A DNA stretch of 36,611 bases from Chlamydiota bacterium (lineage in GTDB: Bacteria > Auribacterota > UBA3054 > B51-G9): contig QMOL01000001.1 in the NCBI GenBank assembly GCA_003648225.1, positions 1-36,611 of the forward strand, given 5' to 3'. Positions 1 to 8,393 of the stretch are shown here, piece after piece. Position numbers and translations under genes: made by a program. The notes under the pieces were generated by a model that had not been told where the DNA came from, ran no database searches, and saw only the letters and a program-made list of their open reading frames with translations. Numbering within the stretch: the stretch's first letter is position 1; each line of letters starts with the position of its first letter.

Positions 1-192
1 AAGATTGACAGCTCAAAAATTAATGTTATTGCCGAATTTGGCGGGACGACAAATTCTACGAGAACAATAATCAGTAAAATTCATAAGTTATCTGAATTTG
101 CCTGGCAGCGTGGAGTTCATTTCAGCATTCAGACGAAAGCATGTAATAATCCTGTTGATTATAAAATCAAAGATTTTTCTTTTAAATTTTGA
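1..192 (+). CDS. 3' end of an unidentified protein gene (partial, enters from upstream of the window)
   Basis: Frame 1 is open from position 1 to TGA at 190-192 (...VIAEFGGTTNSTRTIISKIHKLSEFAWQRGVHFSIQTKACNNPVDYKIKDFSFKF*). A strong hairpin terminator follows at 225-262. No family recognised. Confidence 0.4.
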   Translation, partial: KIDSSKINVIAEFGGTTNSTRTIISKIHKLSEFAWQRGVHFSIQTKACNNPVDYKIKDFSFKF

Positions 193-224
193 CAAATATG
201 ATTTTGTGAATATTTTTATCGACC

Positions 225-262
225 AAAAAAAAGCCGGAATATCTAAGTATTCCGGCTTTTTA
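225..262. terminator. bidirectional Rho-independent terminator
   Basis: 10-bp stem AGCCGGAATA (232-241) / TATTCCGGCT (248-257) with a 6-nt loop. An A-run lies 5' and a T-run 3', so a U-tract follows the hairpin on either strand. It sits between the partial + strand CDS and the stop of the minus-strand operon at 282. Confidence 0.75.
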
Positions 263-281
263 AAAATTCTCAGAGAATTTC

Positions 282-995
282 TTACCACTTAACTGTTTCT
301 TCGCCATCGATCAAGCCTTTAAGTCTTAGATCGACCATTTCTTTTTTATTTTTTCCGCGTTTTCTTACTTTTTGGCGAAGTTGTTTTGTTTTTTTCTCAA
401 GGTTGCTAATTTCTTTTTCTCTGAATTCCTGAGTAACATCAAATGCTCTTCCGATAAGATCTCTCATTTGTTGTTTTAATTCTTTTTTCTTATCAGCATC
501 TTTGCATTTTTTGAATTTTTGATTAAGGCCGTAAACCTGTTTTTTTATTTTCTTCATTTCCTGCATTCTTTTAAATGCTTCAGGATTTTCTTTTTCAAAC
601 TGTTTTTTGTATCGTTTATGAATTTCCTTTCTAAATGCTCCAGGATTTTCTTTACGCAGTTTCATCAACCGTTCAAATTCTTCCGGATTATTTCCTCGTA
701 ATTTCCGGATTTTCTTTTCTATTTTTTTCCTCATTTCGCGATGATTTTTTTCTCCCCTTATAGACGGATGTTGAGGGTGCTTTCTTTCCATCCCGGGACA
801 TCCTTTATGCTCGCGACCTTCTTTCATCCATGGAGGCCTGCCTTGCTGCCTCCCTTTTGGCGGAGGCGGGGGATTACCTTTTTCCATCCAAGGTGGTCCG
901 CCATGCCCGTCATTATCATTTCCCTTCGGAGTTGCGAGAACAAAACCGGTAAGAATAATTGATAAAGCAGCTGAGATAATTATTAATTTTTTCAT
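282..995 (-). CDS. exported Lys/Glu/Pro-rich helical protein, last gene of the ECF sigma operon (function unknown)
   Basis: 237 aa with signal peptide MKKLIIISAALSIILTGFVLA. Contains PPWM(E/K)(K/E)G repeats and a PPPPP tract, followed by a long charged helical region. SD AAGGAGG lies 7-8 nt upstream, and an ATGA start/stop overlap links it to the ORF at 992-1369. Shares the motif EEFERLMKLRKENPGAFRKEI with that upstream ORF. Confidence 0.75.
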   Translation of the reverse strand: MKKLIIISAALSIILTGFVLATPKGNDNDGHGGPPWMEKGNPPPPPKGRQQGRPPWMKEGREHKGCPGMERKHPQHPSIRGEKNHREMRKKIEKKIRKLRGNNPEEFERLMKLRKENPGAFRKEIHKRYKKQFEKENPEAFKRMQEMKKIKKQVYGLNQKFKKCKDADKKKELKQQMRDLIGRAFDVTQEFREKEISNLEKKTKQLRQKVRKRGKNKKEMVDLRLKGLIDGEETVKW

Positions 996-1369
996 CTTAT
1001 ATTACCTCCTTTTACTCTTTTATTTCTTAGCTTTTTATTTTTGTTTCTTTGGACTCTTCGCGCTTGCATTTCAGCTCTGAAAGCTTCGGGATCATCTTTT
1101 CTAAGTTTCATAAGACGATTAAATTCCGCTTCGTCACCTTTTGCCATATGTCTAATCCGTTTTTGAATTCTTTCTTCACGTTTTTTTATTTCTTCAGGCG
1201 TCATATTTTTTCTATGGCGTTTTCTTTCTTGTTTTCTTAAAGAATCTCCATTACAGTTCTTCTGTTCAGAATTATATCTGTTTCTGTGTCCCGAACCATT
1301 TCCTGAACGTTTAGCTACAGAGATACTTGTAATCATCATAATTGATAGTAATAAAATAATTGTTTTCAT
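992..1369 (-). CDS. small exported basic protein, paralogous motif to 282-995
   Basis: 125 aa with signal peptide MKTIILLLSIMMITSISVA. Carries the motif AEFNRLMKLRKDDPEAFRAEM. SD AGGAAGG lies upstream, and its stop overlaps the next start (ATGA). Confidence 0.7.
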   Translation of the reverse strand: MKTIILLLSIMMITSISVAKRSGNGSGHRNRYNSEQKNCNGDSLRKQERKRHRKNMTPEEIKKREERIQKRIRHMAKGDEAEFNRLMKLRKDDPEAFRAEMQARRVQRNKNKKLRNKRVKGGNIR

Positions 1370-1400
1370 AAATACCTTCCTTTTTTTATTTAGTTAATTT

Positions 1401-1868
1401 TTAAAACAAGTAGTTTAACTGCAAGTTGTTTTCAAGACTCGCGATTTCCTCGTTAACCGTTTGCAATCCAACTACTATAACTGCTTCATCTATGTCAACT
1501 CCTGTCTGCTCGAAAAGCGGAGAGAAATCCGGTTCATTTAAAATTAAAACTGTTTCATTAACAATATTATTTAAGTCATTTGAAGCTTGATATCGATCAT
1601 AAGTTCCGCGACCGGTATTTCCGAGCCATACGCAAGTGGCGATCAATAGCGATGCCGCAGCACTCCACAAAGCGTATGAATACCGGCTGCGGACAAACAA
1701 TGTTGCACGTTGAAAAACGGATTGAGAGTGATTTCGGGAAGCTGCTGCCTGTTCGCGGGCCATTTCATAGATATTATTTCTAATTTCTTTTGATGGGCGT
1801 GATAATGTAGCAATGATATTATCATCCCAGGGATCACTTTTCCATATTTTTTTATTATCAGTTTTCAT
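1401..1868 (-). CDS. single-pass membrane protein, putative anti-sigma factor
   Basis: 155 aa, immediately downstream of the ECF sigma gene. One central transmembrane segment (YALWSAAASLLIATCVWLG). No zinc-binding HxxxCxxC motif seen. The call rests on position and topology only. Confidence 0.5.
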   Translation of the reverse strand: MKTDNKKIWKSDPWDDNIIATLSRPSKEIRNNIYEMAREQAAASRNHSQSVFQRATLFVRSRYSYALWSAAASLLIATCVWLGNTGRGTYDRYQASNDLNNIVNETVLILNEPDFSPLFEQTGVDIDEAVIVVGLQTVNEEIASLENNLQLNYLF

Positions 1869-1931
1869 TTTTAATTTTCGTTATTTTTTGTTCTAAATAT
1901 AATGACGCAATATAAAAAAATTTATTGTAAA

Positions 1932-2501
1932 TTAGTATTCGTCCATTAATTCATTTCTAATTTTTTTTATCGCGTAGTGCATCCGCCCGAGAATTGTATT
2001 TAAAGAGTCTCCTGTCATTTCGGCAATTTCTTTAAATTTCAAACCGGCATCACAGCGAAGTAAAAAAACTTCTTTTTGTTTTTCGGGAAGATTTTCCGCA
2101 ACTTTCCGAATTTTATCAATCATCTCTTTTGTAGATAATTGCTCAACGATATCCGGTGCGGGATCGGAAAGGATATCATGATATGTAATTTTTTTATTTT
2201 CATCGATTGTTTCGTCTATACTTACATTAAACTTTCCTACTGTTTTTCTTGTATAGTCAATAACTTTATGATGAGCGATTGTGTAGAGCCAATTTTTGAA
2301 TGAGCCTTTGAAAGCAAATTTCGGGAGTTTTTTAATTACCTGTGTCCAGATTTCCTGAAAAATATCTTCTGATGTTTCTTTATGGCGAATCATTGAATTT
2401 ACATAAAAAAATAACTGCCGTTCATAACGGCAGTAAATCCTGTGAAAAGCCGGCATACTTCCTTTCAGGAATTCTCTAATGTCATCGTAATCTTGTTTCA
2501 T
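1932..2501 (-). CDS. ECF-type sigma-70 family RNA polymerase sigma factor
   Basis: 189 aa. Region 2-like segment (EDIFQEIWTQVIKKLPKF...FKNWLYTIAHHKVIDYTRK) and region 4 helix-turn-helix (LPEKQKEVFLLRCDAGLKFKEIAEMTGDSLNTILGRMHYAIKKIR). Confidence 0.9.
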   Translation of the reverse strand: MKQDYDDIREFLKGSMPAFHRIYCRYERQLFFYVNSMIRHKETSEDIFQEIWTQVIKKLPKFAFKGSFKNWLYTIAHHKVIDYTRKTVGKFNVSIDETIDENKKITYHDILSDPAPDIVEQLSTKEMIDKIRKVAENLPEKQKEVFLLRCDAGLKFKEIAEMTGDSLNTILGRMHYAIKKIRNELMDEY

Positions 2502-2545
2502 TTTATATTACTTATGACGCACATTTTATTTTTTTATTGTATGGA

Positions 2546-4483
2546 TTAAAATTTCCATTCCTTCAGTAATTTCCCGGTTGGTGTTTCGATGCGAATCCAA
2601 TCGAATAAAGCTGTATTTTCACCATTGCCCGGATTATCACCGGGATCAATTCTAATTTCATTCAGGTTTTGTTTTCGCGGGATTTTGGGAAGGTCAACAA
2701 TATATTCATGCCATTGTTTATCGTGATTCAAAGCAAAAGATTCGAAATTACCCAGGAAAGATTTGTCTTCTTTTGTATTCCAATAAATTCTTCCGTCTCC
2801 TCCAACATCAGCTTTCATTTGGAAATGAAGTTTAATCGGTCCGGTGCATTGCGGAACATTTTTGGTGACAAAATACGGGTCTGCTCCTGTAACTTTCACT
2901 TCAAGTTGACCGTCAGCCGCGTGTAATTCACAGCTGTGCTGTGCCTGCCAGCCATGCACAGGTTTTGAAATAACAGGAGGTGGCTGAACATAATCAGGGT
3001 CATATTTTGGATTTGCTATTGGGACAATAGCGTTAGTTTTTTTCAAATGCCGAACGATCAATTTATCGAGCTTTCTTACAATTTCGGGATATTTTTTTGC
3101 AAGATTATTTTTTTCACCGATATCTTTTTTCAAATTGTAAAGTTCATATCTGTCTGTTTGGTCAGAATTATCCGCATAAAACTTAATCAATTTCCAATCA
3201 CCTTTACGCACACTTGTTGAAGCAATATTTTTTGTTGCCGAAACTGTATGCGGGAAATGGCAAAATATTTCTTCGTGTACTTTTTTACTTTTCCCTTTTA
3301 AGAAAGACACTAAATCAATACCGTCTATAATTTGATTCGGCTTCGGTTTTACACCTGCCATATCAAGAATTGTCGGATAAAAGTCTACACTTGAAATCAT
3401 CACATCGCTTACCGTGTCCGGTTTAACAACTCCAGGCCAAACAACAATCATAGGCACCCGGGTTCCACCTTCATAAATAGTAGCTTTTCCACCCCGCAAA
3501 GGATAATTACTTGTGGGAGTAGTTCCATTAACGGTGTCGTACATATTGCCGCCATTATCGGAGAAGAAAATGATAATGGTTTCATTTTCAATTCCGAGTT
3601 TTTTTACATTATCGAGAATCTCCCCTACACAGTTATCAAGAGTTTCTATCATTGATCCCATAGTAGGGCAATTTTGCGCGTCGTCGATTTCAATTTTCTT
3701 TTCATATTTATTAATAAGTTTTTCTTTTCCTTGATAAGGGGCATGAACATCAAAATTCCAGAAGTTCAAAAAGAACGGTTTGTCTTTCTTAACGTTTTTT
3801 TTCATAAAAGATATTGCACTTTCCGTAAGACGTTCATCTATCTGCTCGCCTTTCGGGCCATCTTTAAATCCGCTTCTTTCCATGTGATAAGGCGAAAAAT
3901 AACTTGGAGGACCCGGATAAGAACCTCCCGGTTCATTTACGTCAAAGCCTTGATTCGGCGGCTCAAAAGGCTTCCATCCCAAATGCCACTTCCCGAATAA
4001 AGCAGTTGCATAACCGACAGATTTAAGCGCTTCACCGGTTGTATAATATTCAAGCTGCAAACGGGTTTTAGTTACAGGTTCAAGACGTTTGGATGTTGGG
4101 GGAGCCGAAGTTTGAAGAAAAGTGTTTGTTCGAACTGTATCCACATGACAAGCCGGGGTTGTTAAGCCGATACGGCACGGATACTGCCCGGTAATAATGC
4201 TTGCTCGTGTGGGAGAGCAGAGAGGATTTGCGGCATAAGCTGAGGTAAACCTCATACCCATTTTTGCTAATTTTTCGATATTTGGTGTTTCGTAAAATCT
4301 GCTTCCATAAGGAGTTGAATCCATCCACCCCATATCATCAGCGAGTATAAAAATAATATTTGGCTTGCGTTTTTTATTTATTTTCGACAAAGCTAAAAGC
4401 GGAGAAGCGAAAAGGCTTGCCGCGGCGCATTTACCTATAGTTTTAATAAAATTTCTTCTATCGTATGTTTTTTTATTTTTCAT
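2546..4483 (-). CDS. Tat-signal, formylglycine-type sulfatase with a C-terminal extra domain
   Basis: 645 aa. Twin-arginine leader DRRNFIKTIGKCAAASLFASP. IIFILADDMGW metal-site motif and CSPTRASIITG (the C-x-P-x-R formylglycine motif). About 150 aa of additional C-terminal domain (IRIDPGDNPG...FDWIRIE). Confidence 0.9.
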   Translation of the reverse strand: MKNKKTYDRRNFIKTIGKCAAASLFASPLLALSKINKKRKPNIIFILADDMGWMDSTPYGSRFYETPNIEKLAKMGMRFTSAYAANPLCSPTRASIITGQYPCRIGLTTPACHVDTVRTNTFLQTSAPPTSKRLEPVTKTRLQLEYYTTGEALKSVGYATALFGKWHLGWKPFEPPNQGFDVNEPGGSYPGPPSYFSPYHMERSGFKDGPKGEQIDERLTESAISFMKKNVKKDKPFFLNFWNFDVHAPYQGKEKLINKYEKKIEIDDAQNCPTMGSMIETLDNCVGEILDNVKKLGIENETIIIFFSDNGGNMYDTVNGTTPTSNYPLRGGKATIYEGGTRVPMIVVWPGVVKPDTVSDVMISSVDFYPTILDMAGVKPKPNQIIDGIDLVSFLKGKSKKVHEEIFCHFPHTVSATKNIASTSVRKGDWKLIKFYADNSDQTDRYELYNLKKDIGEKNNLAKKYPEIVRKLDKLIVRHLKKTNAIVPIANPKYDPDYVQPPPVISKPVHGWQAQHSCELHAADGQLEVKVTGADPYFVTKNVPQCTGPIKLHFQMKADVGGDGRIYWNTKEDKSFLGNFESFALNHDKQWHEYIVDLPKIPRKQNLNEIRIDPGDNPGNGENTALFDWIRIETPTGKLLKEWKF

Positions 4484-4528
4484 AACAATATTTTAAAATC
4501 AAATTATCTTATTAATAAAACAGGTGGC

Positions 4529-5101
4529 TTATTTAAGAGAAACAGGCGGTCCAAGGATTTCCGATATAATTACTCCGTAACGTAAATCATCTCTGCTCAT
4601 CTTTTGGAATTTTTTAAGGAAAGGAGATGTTTGTTCAGAAATTTCTGCTGCGGTATGGATGTTCGGATTGAAACCTTTAATATCATCCGGCAGGGAAGGA
4701 TCACTCACTTTAAAATTTTTAATATTTGTTTTAAAACGCGGTAATTCTTCATTTTTTGGCTCAATGCTGTGCCGGGCCGTTTTATGAATTTCCTGCTTAT
4801 GGGTTTTTGACGGCAAACGTTCTCGTTCCGGCGTTAAGGGCGATAGTTTATCGCCGAATATTTCTGCGAGCACATCCTCAACTTTCTTTTGCAACTTAGG
4901 TTTTTCCTGATAATTTACAATAGGTTTACGATTAACACGTTTTGCTGCTTTAAGTTTATTTCTTTGGGTGTCAGGTCTTCGTGGCGGAGTTATTCCCTCC
5001 GCCTTCTTGGATTTTGCGAAAGCTTTAATAATCGGTGGAAGCAAAACAAATCCCAAAACCAAGACAACTTTTAGAATATCAATTAAAGATTTTTTGTCCA
5101 T
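4529..5101 (-). CDS. N-terminally membrane-anchored basic protein directly downstream of floA (unknown function)
   Basis: 190 aa with N-terminal TM LKVVLVLGFVLLPPII, followed by a Lys/Arg/Pro-rich low-complexity region and a conserved-looking C-terminus LRYGVIISEILGPPVSLK. Its ATG directly abuts the floA stop codon. Confidence 0.6.
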   Translation of the reverse strand: MDKKSLIDILKVVLVLGFVLLPPIIKAFAKSKKAEGITPPRRPDTQRNKLKAAKRVNRKPIVNYQEKPKLQKKVEDVLAEIFGDKLSPLTPERERLPSKTHKQEIHKTARHSIEPKNEELPRFKTNIKNFKVSDPSLPDDIKGFNPNIHTAAEISEQTSPFLKKFQKMSRDDLRYGVIISEILGPPVSLK

Positions 5102-6118
5102 TTATTTAGTATGACCGGATTGTCCCGTGCTGCCTGTTCCGGCAATATTGTTACGCATTGAAGTATCAGCATTAATATTTTTCATTTTATAATAATCCAT
5201 TATCCCCAAATTACCGCTGCGAAACGCTTCTGCCATCGCTTTTGGCACTTCAGCTTCCGCTTCGACAACTTTTGCTCTCATTTCCTGAACTCTTGCTTTC
5301 ATTTCCTGTTCTGCCGCGACGGCCATTGCTCTTCGTTCCTCAGCTTTTGCCTGTGCGACTCGTTTATCAGCTTCCGCCTGGTCGGCTTGCAATCTCGCGC
5401 CGATATTTTCACCTACATCGATATCTGCAATATCAATTGAAAGGATTTCAAATGCCGTACCTGCATCGAGACCTTTACTGAGAACTTTTTTAGAGATAGA
5501 GTCAGGATTTTCAAGTACTTTTTTGTGCGTCAGCGCGGAACCGATTGTTGTAACTATTCCCTCGCCAACGCGGGCAATAATTGTTTCTTCGGTTGCTCCA
5601 CCGACAAGTTGGTCAAGATTTGTGCGAACAGTTACACGGGCTTTCGCTTTAAGCTGAATACCGTCCATAGCGACAGCATCAACGGTTGTGCGACCTTTTG
5701 TCGGGTCAGGCGCGTCAATGACTTTTGGATTTACCGAAGTCTGCACCGCACCGAAAATATCACGACCGGCAAGGTCAATCCCCGATGCTTGTTTAAAATC
5801 CAGATGAATATTCGCTTTATCGGCGGCAATGAGCGCGCGCACAACATTCATAACATCGCCACCTGCAAGGTAGAGGGATTCCAATTCTTCAGTAGAGACG
5901 GAAAGGCCTGCTTTAATTGCGGCTATTTTAGTGTTAACAATAACGCCTGCGTTAACTTTTCTGAGCCACATACCGATTAAGCTGGTCATTGTAATATTAG
6001 CTTTTGATGCCAAAGCCTGCACATAAATTTTGATGAATTTAAGAATAAAGATAAGAAAAACAATAGCTGCGATTATAACTACAATTAGTATAAGCGTTGT
6101 GATTCCGCTTGATTTCAT
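5102..6118 (-). CDS. floA: flotillin-like protein FloA (SPFH/UPF0365 family)
   Basis: 338 aa. N-terminal TM, then [29 protein letters not shown]...[27 protein letters not shown]..., and an Ala/Glu-rich coiled coil ([30 protein letters not shown]), typical of YqfA/FloA. SD AGAGG lies upstream. Confidence 0.9.
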   Translation of the reverse strand: MKSSGITTLILIVVIIAAIVFLIFILKFIKIYVQALASKANITMTSLIGMWLRKVNAGVIVNTKIAAIKAGLSVSTEELESLYLAGGDVMNVVRALIAADKANIHLDFKQASGIDLAGRDIFGAVQTSVNPKVIDAPDPTKGRTTVDAVAMDGIQLKAKARVTVRTNLDQLVGGATEETIIARVGEGIVTTIGSALTHKKVLENPDSISKKVLSKGLDAGTAFEILSIDIADIDVGENIGARLQADQAEADKRVAQAKAEERRAMAVAAEQEMKARVQEMRAKVVEAEAEVPKAMAEAFRSGNLGIMDYYKMKNINADTSMRNNIAGTGSTGQSGHTK

Positions 6119-6176
6119 AACACACCTCTTTGGTAGAAGTTATTAAATTTACGATAATAAACTGTTCGAGTGTAAT

Positions 6177-6205
6177 ATGATACCCAACATATTGTTTTCT
6201 GTCAA
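6177..6205 (-). promoter_or_regulatory. sigma-70-type promoter for floA
   Basis: On the minus strand: TTGACA (6200-6205), a 17-nt spacer, then TATCAT (6177-6182). It lies about 55 nt upstream of the floA ATG. Confidence 0.55.
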
Positions 6206-6217
6206 GTCAAATACAAT

Positions 6218-6246
6218 TTGATAATTTTTATGCTTTATGGTAAAAT
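6218..6246 (+). promoter_or_regulatory. sigma-70-type promoter for frr (extended -10)
   Basis: TTGATA (6218-6223), a 17-nt spacer ending in TGG, then TAAAAT (6241-6246). It lies about 45 nt upstream of the frr ATG. SD GGAG precedes the ATG. Confidence 0.55.
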
Positions 6247-6291
6247 TTACAGGTAATTAACCCTGATTTTTAACTTCAACCCGGAGAAAAT

Positions 6292-6852
6292 ATGCCTTAC
6301 CGTATAATTATCAGCAAAGCAAAAGATAAAATGAACCACTCAATCGAACACCTTCATCATGAATTTAACGGTATTAGAACAGGCAAAGCATCGCCTACTC
6401 TCGTAGAAGATATTCGCGTGGAAGCATACGGAAGCAATATGCCTCTCAAGGAAATGGCGGGAATTTCCACACCTGAATCACGTCTTATTCTAATTCAGCC
6501 ATGGGATCAAAATACAGTACCCGCAATTGTAAAAGCTATTCAATCATCAAGTCTCGGTATCACTCCGGTTGATGATGGCAGAGTTGTCCGTGTTCCGATT
6601 CCCGAATTAGATGAAGAGCGACGCAAAGAACTTGATAAACATGTTAAACATATGGCTGAAGAAGCACGAGTTGTAATTAGAAACATCAGGCGGGAAAAAA
6701 ATGAGAAATTGAAAAATATGAAGAAAAACGGTGAACTCACCGAAGATGACCTTCGCGACAGCGAAAAGCAGATGCAAAAATTAACTGACGATTTCATTAA
6801 CAAAATTGGCGAAGCTCTTAAACATAAAGAAGAAGAAATTTTCACAATATAA
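6292..6852 (+). CDS. frr: ribosome recycling factor
   Basis: 186 aa. HLHHEFNGIRTGKASPTLVEDIRVEAYGSNMPLKEMAGISTPESRLILIQPWDQN... matches the conserved RRF pattern and length. Confidence 0.95.
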   Translation: MPYRIIISKAKDKMNHSIEHLHHEFNGIRTGKASPTLVEDIRVEAYGSNMPLKEMAGISTPESRLILIQPWDQNTVPAIVKAIQSSSLGITPVDDGRVVRVPIPELDEERRKELDKHVKHMAEEARVVIRNIRREKNEKLKNMKKNGELTEDDLRDSEKQMQKLTDDFINKIGEALKHKEEEIFTI

Positions 6853-6856
6853 ATCA

Positions 6857-8089
6857 ATGAGTGCAAACTATCAATTCAAGTGCATAACCTGCGGGAAATT
6901 TTTTCCGGCGAATAATGCGCCTGAATATGTTTGTCCGGTATGCTCAGAAAAACAGGAAGCCGGGAAATCACTTCTTGGTGTCCTTGAATGTTTGTATGAC
7001 TATGAAGAATACAAATTAAGCCATATAAAAAAAAACGCAGGCACGGAAATAATTTTCCCTCCGGTTGTTTTTCCTCCTTTGAAAGTTGGTAATACCCCAT
7101 TATATTCCTCAGAAATTCTCCGCAAAAAAATCGACATTAAAAATCTTTGGCTGAAAGATGAAACCGTTGAACCTACCGGCTCCTACAAGGACCGTGCATC
7201 ATATCTTGTGGTCGCAATGGCTTGCAAAAAAGGCTATGACAAAATCACCTGCGCGTCAACAGGCAACGCCGCAAGTTCTCTTGCGGGGATTTGCGCTTCC
7301 GCGGGAATCGAAAGTTATATTTTTGTTTCCGCTTCGGCTCCGAGAGCAAAACTTGTTCAACTTGCCGCTTACGGCGCGAATTTATTTCCGATTAACGGGA
7401 ATTACGACACTTGTTTTGAGTTAAGTTTACAGGCGACAGAAAAATTCGGTTGGTATAATAGAAATACCGCTTATAATCCGTGGACGATTGAGGGCAAGAA
7501 AACAGCGGCATGGGAAATTGCCTGTCAGTTGAATTTTGACCTTCCCGACCAGGTTTTTGTTCCAACGGGCGACGGTGTAATTATAAGCGGAATTTATAAA
7601 GGTTTTTTTGATTTACTCCAACTTGGCTGGATAGAAAAAATACCGCAGCTCGTTGCAGTTCAACCGGAAGGTTCTGACGCGATTGTAAAAGCGTTAGCTG
7701 AAGATGAAAAAGAGATTTCAAAAATATTTCGCGATTCCGCTGATTCGGTTGCTGATTCACTTGTAGTTAACGCGCCGCGCAACGCGGAAATGGCGCTAAG
7801 AAGTTTGAAAATGTCCGATGGTTACGGTTTAATCGTTTCTGATGATGAAATTATTAAAGCAATTGCTGAAGTTTCCTCTTCAACAGGGATTTTTGTTGAA
7901 CCGGCCGCGTCAACCGCCTGGGCAGGAATAAAGAAAGCGCGTGAAACCGGTAAAATTTCCGCTGAACAAACCGCGGCGATTTTGCTCACAGGAACAGGAT
8001 TGAAAGATATCGCTTCTGCTGAAAAAGCGACTCAACTCCCCTCTCCCGTTGAGCCGAATTTGGAAGCGGTAGCTTCATGTCTTGCGTGA
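6857..8089 (+). CDS. thrC: threonine synthase (short form with N-terminal zinc ribbon)
   Basis: N-terminal Cys4 ribbon (CITCGK...CPVCS). PLP-lysine motif TGSYKDRAS, and GNAASS, in a fold-type II PLP enzyme. I place the start at ATG 6857 (MSANYQFK), 5 nt after the frr stop; the track start at 6806 would overlap frr by 47 nt. Confidence 0.75.
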   Translation: MSANYQFKCITCGKFFPANNAPEYVCPVCSEKQEAGKSLLGVLECLYDYEEYKLSHIKKNAGTEIIFPPVVFPPLKVGNTPLYSSEILRKKIDIKNLWLKDETVEPTGSYKDRASYLVVAMACKKGYDKITCASTGNAASSLAGICASAGIESYIFVSASAPRAKLVQLAAYGANLFPINGNYDTCFELSLQATEKFGWYNRNTAYNPWTIEGKKTAAWEIACQLNFDLPDQVFVPTGDGVIISGIYKGFFDLLQLGWIEKIPQLVAVQPEGSDAIVKALAEDEKEISKIFRDSADSVADSLVVNAPRNAEMALRSLKMSDGYGLIVSDDEIIKAIAEVSSSTGIFVEPAASTAWAGIKKARETGKISAEQTAAILLTGTGLKDIASAEKATQLPSPVEPNLEAVASCLA

Positions 8090-8239
8090 TTAATTATAAA
8101 TCATGCAATGAAATAACGAACTAAAGCGTATTCATCGACATAAAATATTGATTGCTATTAACAAATTTTGTCGAATGAAAATTGTTTTTTACAGTTATTT
8201 GCTAAAAACATGCGAATTTTATTGGTTTTTTAAAAACCG

Positions 8240-8370
8240 TTGGAGGGTCGCCGCGTGACCCGCGTATGCTGGGTTCCCCGGCGACCTAATTGTCGAAGCA
8301 TTTTAATTTACGCAGGTTAGGACGTTGAGGACAACGTCCCTCCAAATGGGGATTTCGCAAACATCCTTTT
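8240..8370 (+). ncRNA. candidate structured RNA / cis-regulatory leader (class unknown)
   Basis: GC-rich island in AT-rich DNA with three perfect 8-bp inverted repeats arranged as a three-way junction. P1 is TTGGAGGG 8240-8247 / CCCTCCAA 8338-8345. P2 is GGTCGCCG 8246-8253 / CGGCGACC 8279-8286, extended by GACCC 8257-8261 / GGGTT 8271-8275. P3 is GGACGTTG 8320-8327 / CAACGTCC 8332-8339 with an AGGA loop. A small hairpin follows at 8348-8368, then a short T-run. G-U pairs exist only on the + strand. Confidence 0.4.
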
Positions 8371-8393
8371 CGAGTAATCCCTAATTAGTAAAA

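Noticed and set aside
88-292. Two overlapping about 65-aa ORFs on opposite strands across the first terminator
   Set aside because: They span the hairpin terminator at 225-262, and the + strand one is out of frame with the better-supported partial CDS ending at 192.
5525-5980. 151-aa plus-strand ORF antisense to floA; similar antisense ORFs at 22953-23462 in guaB, 18721-19206 in GH43 and 3674-4000 in the sulfatase
   Set aside because: All lie fully inside well-supported conserved genes on the opposite strand, have low-complexity or Cys/Phe-rich odd compositions, and lack start context. These are typical shadow ORFs.
6806-6856. Longer thrC start at 6806 given by the ORF track
   Set aside because: It would overlap the frr coding region by 47 nt and adds a Lys-rich non-conserved extension. 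ATG 6857 begins right at the zinc-ribbon motif.
8268-8284. CTGGGTTCCCCGGCG looks like the CUAGGGUUCCGGC box of the ykkC (guanidine-I) riboswitch
   Set aside because: The other conserved ykkC blocks (GGUCCGAGAG, and ACGG-GGGA-AAA-CCCGGGAGA) are absent, and the overall fold differs.
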